DNA of 64,000 bases from Antedon mediterranea (lineage: Eukaryota > Animalia > Echinodermata). The translations under genes were made by a program, and so were the position numbers. This document shows, piece by piece, positions 24,185 to 37,830 of this stretch. A model generated the notes under the pieces. That model did no database searches. It had not been told where the DNA came from and saw only the letters and a program-made list of their open reading frames with translations. The DNA is taken from NCBI RefSeq assembly GCF_964355755.1, contig NC_092673.1, positions 24,239,648 through 24,303,647 on the forward strand. Reading direction: 5' to 3'. The first letter of the stretch is position 1. Each line of letters starts with the position of its first letter.

Positions 24185-25106
24185 CGTTTTCCAATCTTAA
24201 TTCCTGATGATGCTGATTTTCATTTCTAATTTCCTATAAAAATGTATAGGCCTACAGTAGGCCTAGTAAACTTTTGTGTTGTATTTACTTAATCCACTGT
24301 CCGTTTTTTACATACATTACTCTACTAGGGACATATCTTTACTTCAACTGTGGAAGGATCTGTTCCCCTTTGTTAAATTATAAAAGGTCTCCGGTTCTTC
24401 TACAGCTCTTTATGTTGGTCGGTTGGTTGGTCGGTTGGTCGGTAAACATTAACTTGAGCACGCGACTGCAGCCATGTATATGGCCTTATCCGATGTAATC
24501 TGCAATTTTACTTACAAGGGACCAATGTTTAGTGATTCGTGGACTGCGCGGTTTTTCTTTTTCGTACGTTAGGTGTATTATTGGTTAAACTTAATGTAGC
24601 CTAACAATGTTATGGATCTCACTAGTTCATTAGTCCCGTTCAGCTATTCGAATTACCATAGCGCTACAGTATTTCAATACCGCATATTAATTGGAAAAGG
24701 AAAAAACACATTGCGTATCAGCTACCGTTCATTCGGGTGGATTGGGTAGTCGTTATGTTTTTTTTTTTTGGTGTAATATAAGGGTAACATGTATAGGCCT
24801 ATAATCAAATAAATACCCACTAGATAGAAACATATTTAATATCAAGAAGTGATACAATACAGTAAAAAATATCACTTGGCAATTTCTATTATCACAAATT
24901 ACCGGTACAGTACTGTTATAGAACTATACTGGATTGGAATGATTATGATTCGAAAGCGGACACTATACAAAGTTCAACTCTATAAACCAGTCGACTGATG
25001 ATGTGAGGAGGAAGCGGAAACGCCCATAATAAGTTAAAACGTTCTAATACGTTTGATGAGATGGGTTATAAACCAATTAAACATAGCCGGGTGAAGCAAT
25101 ACTGAA

Positions 25107-25497
25107 GTTACTGTAGGCCTACATTAGTAGAGTTACTCGTTACTTTAGGCCTAGCATACGGTATTAATGATTACGTTACTGTAGGCCTACATTAGTAGAG
25201 TTACTCGTTACTTTAAGTCTAGCATACGGTATTAATGATTACGTTACTGTAGGCCTACATTAGTAGAGTTACTCGTTACTTTAGGCCTAGCATACGGTAT
25301 TAATGATTACGTTACTGTAGGCCTACATTAGTAGAGTTACTCGTTACTTTAGGTCTAGCATACGGTATTAATGATTACGCTACTGTAGGCCTACATTAGT
25401 AGAGTTACTCGTTACTTTAGGTCTAGCATACGGTATTAATGATTACGTTACTGTAGGCCTACATTAGTAGAGTTACTCGTTACTTTAGGTCTAGCAT
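25107..25497. repeat. Minisatellite, 68-bp unit x about 5.75
   Basis: Unit gttactgtaggcctacattagtagagttactcgttactttagg(c/t)ctagcatacggtattaatgattac at 25107, 25175, 25243, 25311, 25379 and 25447. Confidence 0.96.
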
Positions 25498-26619
25498 ATA
25501 GCCTACAGTATTTCAGTAGTGTTATTTTGTTTTACTGTAGGCCTATAGTACGAATAAGTACGACAAAATAAAGAATAAAATACGAAAGAAATTCAAGTAC
25601 AAGATACAAGTCTACTTTATTTACTTTAATAATATAAATAAACCATATGAATATGATGGGAGCTAAAACATTAAACCGTTTCTTTAATTATATTTCACTT
25701 TAAGTATATATTTGGAAATAAACCATTTTTCAGTTTGTTATCTGAAGATTATTAATACACGAGCCTGTTAGTTACTAGTCTAGTTTTCTGCTTGAGTCGA
25801 CTGATGAAATAAGACGGGCAAGGAAAAATATAAAAAAATGCTACATTGAATTATTCTAAAATAGCTAAACAGGATATTTAAAACGTATGTATTCCAACCC
25901 CTCCAACATAACTTGGGTTTTTTAAACCTTAATTCCGGAATGTCTGCTGCATAGTCTAAAGACAAAATTATAAATCCGGTTTGTTAGATGCCAACTTAAC
26001 AACTTTTTGGTTCAGTAGCGTCAACTACCATTATATCTTTATCTTTACAGTCACGTAGGCATATTTAGGTTATATTAATCCCATAAGTTATAATCTTCCC
26101 TACGCTTCCCTGTCCGGGGCTGCAGTTGCTGCCTCTGCCTTCACGCCATGTAACCTAACATGTTAATAAATATGCTTAAGATAACCTATTCCTTTTACAT
26201 CACTCCTTTATGGATAATCAGAGATAATATTTGTAAATGATTTTATATTAGATTTTATATATTTTAATATTTGGCAAAACTATTGTTTTGTCTGTCAGAA
26301 AATAATATATATATATATATAGATAGAATAAAGATATGTTTTTGACCGAAATATAGTTCTTTGTGAGTCGATTGATTTCCCAGTGGAATGTTTTCTTTGT
26401 AGTAGGATACTTGTGTTGTCTCTTGAATATTAGATCTTTGTCTACTGTATGAAATTTAATTTTAAGATGCTGTAATCTATGAGAACATCTTAAGGAGATA
26501 TGACCTTGATCGTGACTTTACACTAGTATCAATAGGCTTAAAATGAGGATGGGGTTGGTTGTAATCATATGATGCCCAATTTTCTTCCGATGTCCGTGCT
26601 GGCTTATATAGGTATTTGA

Positions 26620-27063
26620 CACTGTATCACAGAATTTCTTAAACATCTATTTTGGACCCACTTTTTCCACACATTTAGCTTTTAAACACGTAGTTACATG
26701 TTTAGCGTGTTTAAAACCTAAACGTGTTTATAGGTACATGTTGTTTTTCTTCACTCGTTTAGCAGTCAACATGTCACTTATGTTCAGTCTACATGTTTAG
26801 GTACGTGTTTGGTGTTGCGTGGATATGATTTTACTGTGACCGAAAAAAAATCTCCACACATGAACTCCACACATGGAAAATTAAACACGTTTAAAACATA
26901 AACGCGTCCTTATATTGCTCCACACGTCAATGATGTGTTGATTTGGATACAGAGATGCACGTTTAGAATATATTTAAAACCTAAACATGTTCATATATAA
27001 ACATGTTGAAAGCTAAATGTGTGGAAAATAGATGTTTAAGATCTAAACACTATTTTCACAGTG
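26620..27063. mobile_element. MITE with long imperfect TIRs and CACTG termini (CMC/EnSpm-like)
   Basis: CACTGT...ACAGTG ends. ttaaacatctatttt..ccacacatttagcttt is mirrored by aaagctaaatgtgtggaaaatagatgtttaa. Internal taaacatg/taaacgtg repeats. TSD not clean. Confidence 0.6.
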
Positions 27064-29343
27064 CATGATACTGTCTGATCATAGATACAGTACCGACCAT
27101 ATTTCATTTCGCAGTCTTTTACATCGTCACTCATTACAATTGAACTCCGTTTTATTACCTTCATAGATCCGTCGATGTTTTCTTCTTAAAATATTAAATA
27201 TGGAATTATGTACATTTTCCCACAAAAGCTGAAATAGTGTTTAGCGGTTCGGCCGAATTTTAGTAGAAAAAATCGGATCGGTTTGACTAATTTTTATCAA
27301 ATCTTTCAACCAATCGGTATGTCAGTCAGTAATCCTATGATGTTTAAGCTTTGGACATCCTTGGTTAAATCATGGAGGTATAATACCTCAATGGTTAAAT
27401 CATACCCATTCATTAGTTTTATTATAAATACGGTACATTTACATTTAATCTCCGCTTACAATAACTTTGTTTTATATTTTGTTAACGCATTGCAATGGTT
27501 TCACGTTTTATCCTTGTAAAGGGATTTAACGGTCGGAAATATTTTCATTGGAAATAAACGTATTGCGGAAAACTATATTATATTGCTAATCATTAGACTA
27601 TTTGACATAATAATATTTTTGCAACAAAAATTAATATATTAATTTATTTATCATATACATAATGATAATTAATAGGAAACGCTGGAAAAGTCAAGACCTC
27701 TTTCCATTTAAACATATTAGGTCTAAGACTATATTGAAACAAGCTATTGAGCTTATGGATTTAGTGTTATGTTTTAGTATTTATAAGGACAAAAAAGGTA
27801 TATATAGCATTACTAATGTCATTCCTAGGGGCAACATCAGTGTGGATTTTTGATAGAGGCCCTATGCCTCCTCAAGAGTTCGTGTCAGTATCACCGACGA
27901 AATGACAAAAATGAGCCCACAGAACTTTCAATACATAAACAAAAACGAAAGTTTTGTGTCTGGGACTAGTCTATACATCAACAGCTACTAACTAGGTTGA
28001 AGTTGATTTGATTTAATTAAACTATATCACGTATGGCATTAATAGCTGTTACTTTTTTGTGAATGTATTTAGGCTTGGGGCTAACCACCTCATTTGGTTT
28101 TAATTGTGCAATTATCGATAACCACAAGATCAAGGACTGAACTTCAAATAACACACCTGAAGAGCTTATGACAATTAAAATATCTATCATAACATCGAAG
28201 TTTGACCTTATTTGACATGAGTTAAGTATAAAGTAATTATGGTGTTCATATAAAATATCTATCGAAAATGATGTTTCTGAAGCTGTAGGCCTATTGGTTG
28301 ACATGTGATTTGTTCTGCCTTTAAATATGAAATGATTGATAGTCTATCTATTCAAGTAGTTAACGTGAAAATGGAAGTTTGAACCCTGTAATGATAACCA
28401 CATGGTCACAAATATTGGATGAAAATCGTGATTTATACCATTAAAAGTAGTAGATATACAGTCTTGGGGCAACCCTATTCTGGGCAACACCAATGTTAAG
28501 GGGACACACCCATTGTAATGGGACAGACCACATCAACGACGATCTTCCCTCACTTTATTACAATTCAAAGCTAATTCTCATCATGTTTATCCATACTTTG
28601 TTAGGATATCCTTATTCACATAAGACCCCATAACAAGGAGACCTTTTACGTAAAAAGAATGAGATGAGAGTCCGTCTTATTGTATTTAGTCACTAACTCA
28701 TATTTTTTTTTTAATGTACACGTAATTATGTTTTTTTCGTTGAATTTTGTTGCTATGTAATTTTATTGTATTAACCTTTTAACTTTGAGCAATTGTATGT
28801 CACATGAATTTCCGTATGGACAAATAAAATGAACTATGGACTATGACAAGAGATTCTGAAATTATATATGTAATTGCATTATTTTGTTTTACCACACCAC
28901 TATCAAGGGGACACCTTGATTGTTGGGTCCCTTAAGGAGATCTGTATATTCATTGTCGTAACGTCTCATTCAGAGGACGTACATTATAATAAATAATAAA
29001 AACGCTATAAAATAAAAAAATTGAACAAAATAATATTCTTTGACATACTATGGCGAATAGCCAATTCAAGCATTTAGAATCTTAAAATGCCTTCAAATCA
29101 ATCAAAATCTAATTCCATGATAACTTTATCAACTTATGTTGTACTTTGATATGAGTAAAGTATTTATTATTTTTAATGTATCAGTATTTTTGCTTATAAT
29201 GAGTGACGATGCATGTTTAAATCACGTTTATTTTGCAGTATTTGTAATTTAAATGTATTAAATCTAAGACGCTATAAGTTGCATACGTCTGAGTGTCAAT
29301 GAGTACTAAATTATAGTTTTCTTTGACGTACTAATGTGTATAA

Positions 29344-29526
29344 AACTCTATCTACACTATCAAACTTTATGTGACAAAAAAAATGTGATGTGTGCATATA
29401 TGGTCATGATGATGTCATATCACTACCGTATGTGGGCATATCACTACCATATTTGGGCACATCACTACCATATTTGGGCACATCACATTTTGTTTGTCAA
29501 ACTACTTTGATAGTGTAGACAGAGCT
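29344..29526. mobile_element. Tourist-like MITE family A copy with internal roughly 23-bp repeats
   Basis: TAA-AACTCTATCTACACTATCAAA...TTTGATAGTGTAGACAGAGCT-TAA; internal (cactaccatatttgggcacat)n. Confidence 0.8.
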
Positions 29527-30289
29527 TAAGAATATAATAAACATATGATTATTATTGCTGTTGAATTTCAGTAGACATACTTATTCGCCTCATTAAACAT
29601 ATGCTTTATAAAAAAAATAAATAATACATATGACACCGTGGATTTACGAGGGTCATATATCTTTTAATACTATTTTAGCCAACCCTATTAAGAGGACACG
29701 TTGCTGTGTCCCTGGGGTATCCCCTTAATAGGGGTCCTCTTGTATATATTAAATTAGGTTTGATAGATAATAAAGGATTCATTGAAATACAATTTACATT
29801 AACTGCAGCTGTCTTAAACGAGTGCTACTAGTGAATTAGATCAAATTAGATTGTGAAGAGACACAATTGTGGTGATGAGTTTGCGTCTCAAAGCAGAGGA
29901 GTAATAATTTGTAGAACAGCAACTTGTATTGTAAGAAATGACAAATGTTTCATCTGATTGATTTGTCTGTGACGCCGGAAATTAAATATGAAATTGAGTT
30001 GTTGATTTCAAAGTACAACAATCTTCGAATTATTTGGAGACATGTTCTAGTGCATCGTAAATTGGATAGGCCTATATTCGAAAATCAAATCAAATTCTAA
30101 ATGCTTGATATTGGCAAATTGTGCTATTTTAGGATTCTACTCATGCCACGTGTTTAACTGGAGGGGAAGAGGAGCGTTGTTGTGTGAGGGCGGTGATAGT
30201 CGAATGATTTGACCATGTTGTGTGTGTATGAGAATGAATTGGTGCAGCACATTGGTGCAACACATTGTATGATATTATGTTGTTCCCTA

Positions 30290-30510
30290 ATTGATGGGAC
30301 ACTTCGGAACTCAACAAAGTGCCCTTAAGTGTGTCTCCTGAAAAGGGTTTGACAGTAGTGTATACACTCATTTGTTGGGAAAGGGTGTTCAAGGTCTGTT
30401 GGGTGTCCCCAGAATATAGGTTTCCTCTTAATAAGGGTGTGCCCCAGAATAAGGGTGTCCCCTTAATAAGAATGTCCTCAAAATAAGAATGTCGCAAAGG
30501 ATCTACTGTA
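30290..30510. mobile_element. Degenerate dispersed repeat (ggggacac/gtgtcccc motif family, probable Tc1/pogo-type MITE)
   Basis: Repeated aagggtgtcccc motifs ending ...ctactgta. Similar decayed pieces near 5940-6046, 28460-28945, 29680-29745, 35745-35855 and 36780-36860. Confidence 0.45.
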
Positions 30511-30719
30511 TTCATTTTACAGATAATCATCTTTCTAATTCAATGACTTAAACCTTTCCTCTCACTGTAATCTAAATTATCCAGAGTAATTTTAGCAGAA
30601 ATTTGCATAACGCCTGCAACCCTGGGCATAATCTTAAAACGAATCAACTATAAGAGCATAAAAACATGCAGATATTAGTGTTAAGGTGAGCTTTTATATA
30701 CAAAAAAAATTGATTTAGC

Positions 30720-30993
30720 AAGGGTTTGAGCCTCACTTGCTCCATGGTTCTGGTGGTAGAACGAGTCTTCTCGGATAAGGACTATAAACCGTAGGTCCAG
30801 TGTACACATCTGGCTCATGTGCACTTTAAAGAACCAATACATCTTTAGTAGAAGGTAGGAGGTTACCCCGGTGTATGGTACTAGTATAAACACAGCCAAT
30901 GTCACAGAATGTCTGTGTCAGGCCCCTTGATTGTCAATATATTCTGTTTAGGGTCACCCTCTATAAATAAGGTTGAATAAAATAAAATAAAAA
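30720..30993 (+). mobile_element. 5'-truncated tRNA-derived SINE with Deu-domain-like core (DeuSINE)
   Basis: B-box-like gggtttgagcc, then ggataaggactataaaccgtaggtcc...cactttaaagaacc...agtagaaggtaggaggttaccccggtg (Deu-core pattern as recalled), ending in an (aataa)n tail. Confidence 0.65.
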
Positions 30994-32782
30994 ACCGTTA
31001 GTTATAAACGTTACTAAAAGTTTTAAAATATCAGGAACACAAAATATTGGGTTTTTTTGTGTTAATTAAAATCACAAGGCTCAACTCTCAAGTGGGACTA
31101 ATTTATTTTACTTTTCTATCAGATTAAAATCATATTACTTTCTACTAGGTGTTAAAACGGAATACACATCATTTTAATCATTTGAATCCGTTACAACAAG
31201 GTCAGAATATCCAGCCATCAGTTAACCAAACGGGGGAAGCTCTCAATTTGCTAAACTTTGCCCGGCTATAAATAATAATGCTTGTTAAGGTCAAAGAAAA
31301 AATCCTATTTGAAATACATTACTATAAAAATTTGAATGAAAGAACCGTTTTGTCTATTTATAAAATCAAATAGAATAGGATAGACATGTATTAAGGAAGC
31401 TAATATATAGAATTGAACAAAAAGTTTATACACAATATCCGAAATAGACTTTTGCACAAACTTTCATTTTCCATGCTATTTCATTTGAAATATTTTGACC
31501 CTAAACAAACTATAGACTTAACCTTAAAGGTATATATTTATTAATTTACAATAGATGATTGTAGAATTGAAGTTTTAGGTGATTAATAATAATAATCATC
31601 TACATATATGTATTCATGCTTAAACAGCAGCCATTTTGAAAAAAATATGTAAATGTATCTTTAACTGTTTATTGTTATCGTCAAAATCAAACTAAACTTT
31701 GCAAACACATATCAAGAATAAAAATCATATTACAGTGCTAGTTAATGCTATGCAGGAGTATATCTATGATTGATAGAACTCCGTACGGAGTTGCATCTTA
31801 AGTCCCTGTAGAGTACGTTACGATATGTTAATAATGGATAGGCTAGACATGCTGAGCAACGCGCGTGTACACATAACTTGTGTCCAATCAGAGCTTGTTT
31901 ACGTTGCCATGTTGCAATCTATAATCGGTTAAGATATTATGCAGCCCGTGGGGACTGAGCACGCAGATGACTTAGTGCCAAATCCATTTACCCTCGAGTA
32001 CTCTAAACTGATCTTAGATTGTACGTACGGAGAAAAATTATTAACATCTGAAAAACTGTATTATTTGTCAATTGTTCAGCACGGACACACGTTTCTATAC
32101 TGTAGTGTGAATCAGAAGTAAGTTATTTTGTATTGATTGATTTGGTGAGTTTATGTTCGCTATACATGGAGATGGCGTCATTACGATATGCTTAAACTAA
32201 AGTTTGTTGTCGTGTGAATCCGATCTTGAAAAGGTTTTCGTATTACATTTAAAAACCAGTCCATTAAGAATGTTTATTTGAATGTTCATCGGATGATTTG
32301 CTGGTCGGTACCTGGATATGACGTCATACCAGACGCCGTTTCTGGAGGACAATTATATTACAGACTTAGATTCCAAATTAAATTGTTGTAATTGTTAAAA
32401 CGATGCACAGATCCTACTTATCATTGAGAGGTAAAATACACTGACAAGTGGTATCATTTTTTTTATTGCAATGAGAGCGAGCTGGCTTTCCAAGGTTAAA
32501 TAACAAACAAATTATGTTATAAAAAAAATTATTAGATTTAATAATTAATCTTATTATGAATATTGGAACCATTTTGATGCATTTGATGGCCAAGTGTAGA
32601 CATTGCGTGTTGTGTATTTTGCGATGTAAAAATGTTGTCAAGAGGTCTCTTTATGATAGTGCTGCTGTTCTATAGTTTGGAAAAGAGTACTTTGAACCCA
32701 ACACCCCACCCACCCACTGGCTACAACTTCTAACGTCTACTTTAACCTACGGACGTTTTTATGGTAGGCGCAAACGCCCTAA

Positions 32783-32980
32783 AGCTTGTTTCCCACTAAC
32801 GACGCAACGTAACGCATCCTGCGCGATGTAAGAAAATGCCCTTCCAATAATTGTGTTTCCCCCGCCTGCGGGAAATCATAGCACTGTTGCGTGGTCGGTT
32901 CCCATTTGTGATTACGCAATACAGCACGTCACCATGTCGCTGCGTTGTGTTGATTTGGGTCACTAGTGGGAACGAAGCAT
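32783..32980. mobile_element. Tourist-like MITE family B
   Basis: AGCTTGTTTCCCACTA...TAGTGGGAACGAAGCAT with TAA/TA flanks and acgcaacg subterminal motifs. Confidence 0.7.
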
Positions 32981-33145
32981 TAGAGCTCAATACATGCGTT
33001 TCTGCAAAGTTTGTGTAAAGTGTTATTTTTGTTGCATGTTTCGGGAATTCATTTTGCACCAAACGTATGCGACACAAGTATAGCTAGTTAAGCTGGTTCA
33101 TACTAGAGTTTGGATTGGTCTGCAGACATACTATTATAGGTGTAA

Positions 33146-33450
33146 AGCGTGGTTCCCACTAAAACGCAACATAAGTAAAGCCTGGTTCCCACTAGCGACG
33201 CAACGCAAGGACGTAACGCAACGCAAGTGAATTGACCAATCACAAGCGATGGCTTATTCGCTTGTAATTGCTAACTGTCTATAACTTCGCTTGTCATTGG
33301 TTAAAACGCTTGCATTGCGTTTACGTCCTTGCGTTACGTTCAAGTGGGAACCAAGCTTTATTTGACAAATCACGACGCGATGAACGCGATGATCCACCGC
33401 GTCGTGATTGGTAAAATTATTTTGCGTTGCGTCCTAGAGTGAGAACCAAC
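33146..33450. mobile_element. Family B MITE interrupted by a second family B MITE (inner element 33179-33357)
   Basis: Outer left TIR AGCGTGGTTCCCACT at 33146. Inner TAA-AGCCTGGTTCCCACT...AGTGGGAACCAAGCT-TTA. Decayed outer right end agtgagaaccaac near 33450. Confidence 0.75.
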
Positions 33451-33870
33451 AGCACAAACGTATTATATAACAATTAGTGATTCTCTAGACACCAGTTATT
33501 GGTTGTTGCGTGCACGTCGAGACAGGACGCGTCCGGACTATTACACCAGAAACAAACTTTGAAAATTAACTTTTATACTTGATTAGTTTGTGTAATTCCA
33601 TTATGTTTAGTTATTAAAGCGGGAAATTAAGGAAATCTATGTTTTCAACAAGTGTGAAACCCAAGTTGTCGAACTCAATTTGAAATGACGTTGCCCTTTG
33701 TATACCGCGCCAAAACTCAGACACACTGTCATTCCAATTGGTTAAGTTTAACATATAAGGCCCGGGCCTAAACGTTTAGCTTGTGAGAAATTATTTATTT
33801 ATTTAACATCTTTATACAGGTTTACACAATCGGGTAAAGAAAACCTGTTTTGCTTTGTGGTCCTATCTTA

Positions 33871-34044
33871 AGCGTGGTTCCCACTTGAACGCAACGTAAC
33901 GCAACCGACGTAACGTGAGAAAATGCCCTTCCAATTAATTGTGTTTGTTGTTTGCAGCATTTCGTCGTCAGTTCCCTGTACTCGTGATTACGCAATACAG
34001 CACTACTTTGCGTCAATACGTCGTAGCGTAGTGGGAACCACGCT
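33871..34044. mobile_element. Tourist-like MITE family B, intact ends
   Basis: Perfect 15-bp TIR AGCGTGGTTCCCACT and an exact TTA target-site duplication. Confidence 0.88.
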
Positions 34045-37000
34045 TTAAATACAAAATTTGCGTTAAACAAAGCCATACATAAGTACATGTTGGACTTCTT
34101 GAAATGAAGGCGTGACTATAGGAGCTGTGGCAATGGATTGGCGCCAAGCATCCCTCACTTGACACAAACAGAACTATGATATAATTTGAATCAACCGTTA
34201 TAACGTGCGGTGCCCTACGCATATGCGTATTGTCGCAGGGACCAACCGAAACTCCCTCCCGTATCATGAATTATTATTATCAACATTATCATTTTGGCGG
34301 TCAAATGAACTACAAAACAAACAATCTAGTACGCGAGATATCTATAAATTTTATTGGCACAATAATACGTGCTAACAAGTGCAATAACATTATCGTTATT
34401 GTTCTGAGAATTCGGCTGTCAAATTTAGTTATCACTAGTTAGAGGACATGCGTTTTGTTTTCATTACGACCCATATTACAGAGAGGGGGAATACGTCACA
34501 GAGACGCCGTCACGTCACAGAGATGCTGACACGTCACAGAGACGCCGACGAGTCACAGAGACGCCGACTCTCGTTATCTCGTACGTTATTTTTGCATTAC
34601 GAAGTCCGTATACAGAGGATTTGCTACATTTATTTTTGCGCTACAAACATTATTTCTGCATTGCGAATTCCGTATTAAGAAGAGTAGGGAGATACGCCAA
34701 TCTCTCGCGCAAGCACGTTTCTCACACCCTATTACTTACCCTATAGCCATATAAACATATTTCTGTCGGTTTGGTACGTTTCACTTAATTTCAACAGTAG
34801 GAAATTAGGCGTTTTAAAGGAAATCTGTACCAATTACCGCAACTTGAATCGGAAAGAATCTTTACCCGACATGTTTCAACTATCAGGTTTAGCCGGACTT
34901 CACATGTTTTAGCTATGGCGTTCTTCCTGTGTAAACATAACTGACCCATGTTCTGAGTTTAGTTTAAGCCTAATGCGTCAAATACAGGCACGTCTTAAAG
35001 ATATAGTATCCATACAATAATTGTTAAAAATCAATCAACATAAACTTAATGGTATAATGTCCTATTTTGGATGATGGACCTTTAAATGCTAAACATATTA
35101 GGAAATGTTAAGTTCCAATTGTTGAGCATTTATTATGGCGCGCCAAGATGTTTAAAACTAAAATATCTTTATTTCCAAATAAATGACAGCTTGGCGCGCC
35201 ATAACGCAACGCAAACGAGGGAACCAATGACAGTTCGAACAATAATGACATCGCTTTTGATTGGCCAAATCACTTACGTTGCGTAAGCAAGCATAACAAA
35301 AATGCGTCTCTAGTTGGAACCAAATTTAATATATTGCCATTTGTTGGTAGAATTGTTTTCGGTATACAGTAAAATTACTCAAGGCTTTATTACTTATTGT
35401 TTTTCTATTCCAGCTCAACATTAATATGATTTAATACTATTGTAACCTGTTATAATAATTTAGACAATGTCAATTTACATAAATATTAATAAAACAATAA
35501 TGTAGTATGAATTATAATATTCATATCATGGGTACTTTGATAATTCCGTTATTAGTAATACGACAGACTGTTATACCATTTTAAACGATTTATTTCGCCA
35601 CTTGGGAGTCAAAGAATACAAAATGTATGTCAGTTAAAACAATTAAAAACTTTACAGTTTCCCCACCAATTTCTTCCGATACATGAGTCATGGATTATAG
35701 GTATTGGCACCTGCCATTTATATTGGTATATTGTATAGTAATGGCCACTGGCCACAAGGAACACTCCATTCCAGGGAACACTCCTATTAAGGGGACACTT
35801 CGTTTAGACCCGAAAATGTCCCTTTAATTGGGGACCTTCTTCGTCCCCCTATATACAGACTATTGCATTTGCTTAATACACTTCTCCAATTTCAAAATTT
35901 GTTTCATTGTTAGCTTAATTCCCGACCGTATAGTGTATGTTTTTTTAGGAGTTTTGAAACACAAATATTTTGGAAAATATATATTAACGGTAAGTTTCGT
36001 TTTACAAGAAGGATAACCTATGGACGAGGAAATATGCGTGGGTTAAACAATTTAATAAAATTAGTAAAATAGCAATAATGAAAAACACACTCTAAAAACT
36101 AAAGAAATATTCATATAACGTGATAGTGCGATAAGTGACTTTCTTCGTTTTTAAAGTGTTTCTGTCTGGTCTTCGAACTATTTTAGTCGCTAGAGTATTA
36201 GATGGCTTTTCCTCGTCAGTTCAGTATAGGGCCTACTAGTGATTATTGAATGATAGTAAATGCATGCATTGGCTATTGATCGCATATTGATATTTTAAGA
36301 TATAAAATAATATATAATAATAATAATTTATTGGAAACTTCACTTTACAACAGTGGCAAGCTTTGATGATAAAGGTGCGTCCAAGCAATAACTTAAAACG
36401 AGTGACAAAATAAATTTGGTGTGAAATACAGCATACAAGAATAAATTAAAAAAACAAAACAAACAAAACTAAAGAAAAACAAAACAAAAAACAAACTTAA
36501 AATGAATAAAAATAAATAAAAATGTTTAGATACACACATAATGAATATTTACAATTAAATTTATGGTATGAATCAAAATAAAGATTATACTGGAAAACTT
36601 GGGAACGTTTTGACATAACAATCGTTTGGAAAAACTAACTGTGCCCTTAACAAATTACCATGCCCACACAAAGTAATTTAATTTTAATTCAGACAGGGAG
36701 AGATGTGAGCAGATACCGTATCCTTGGTAAACCTACGCACACGCTATATTTTAATTTCTTTTTAAATAGTATAATTTGGGGCCTCTATCGAGGACATAAC
36801 AAAGAGGGAAAATACATTTTTAACATTATTTAAGAACATCCATATTAAGGGGACACTTTGTTGGATTGTAATCATATTGGATTTTTTTTTAATGTTTTAT
36901 TTATTTATTTATTTAATTTTTGTTTGCGTCAGTTTACCAAAGGACGCATCTAACAAAAATATACTATGCCTGAATGTACAAGTTATGGAACGTTTTCTTT

Positions 37001-37830
37001 TGGTTTATATGCAGTCGTTGTGAAAGTCAAACGACACTTCCTGTCATAACTAATAATCGTAATAATAAAATGATTGGAATGTATCTTATTCAAAACTTAT
37101 TTGACATTTCAATAATGTTGAAAGTAAATCAAAAATGTTTATATATGCTTTTCCGATTAAGCCCCGAAAATATGTTTTACCCTTCTGTTGAAATGTTTCA
37201 GACTTCTCTTCTCGTGAAAAAATAAAAATCTGGAAAATGTTCTTTCGTAATGTGACCGCATCACCTGTTTTTTTTTATACGCGCAATTTTGTTTAATGTA
37301 TTTTCAGAAGTTGATCACTTATTTTTCTTTATCTCTTTCTTTCTTTATTTATATCCATAAATATAAATTATAAACATTGTAGCGTACAAATAATAATAAT
37401 TATATCAAGGGAAGGGCTAAAAAATAGTTACAATTAATCAAGTTCAGCCTCTAAACATTGAAATATAAATAGTTATATAAATAAATTACGGCTACCTTTC
37501 TAAAAAGTTTTTTTAAACACACTTTCTCTCAAATATACAGTATAATTCTCTCATGAAATAAAATAAATATCCTAAACAAACAAGTAGTATGTTTTCATTT
37601 CGTTTTTAAATTTGCTTTTTGTTAGAACCTTAATTCATCTGGGATTTCATTCCAGAGCTTTGCATCAGAATACCTGATGGAATGTTGTCTTATATATATA
37701 TGTATTTATCAGATATAGCTATGATATAAGTTATACGTGTAATTATGGTATACTTACTGTCCTCTTGATCGTATGATTGTATTCACAATCATTAAAATAA
37801 TGAATTTAAAAGTCGTAACTTGTGACTTAC

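Noticed and set aside
25780-26155. GC-richer minus-strand block reading LHGVKAEAATAAPDREA*
   Set aside because: May be an RTE-LINE C-terminal relic but too short and degraded to call.
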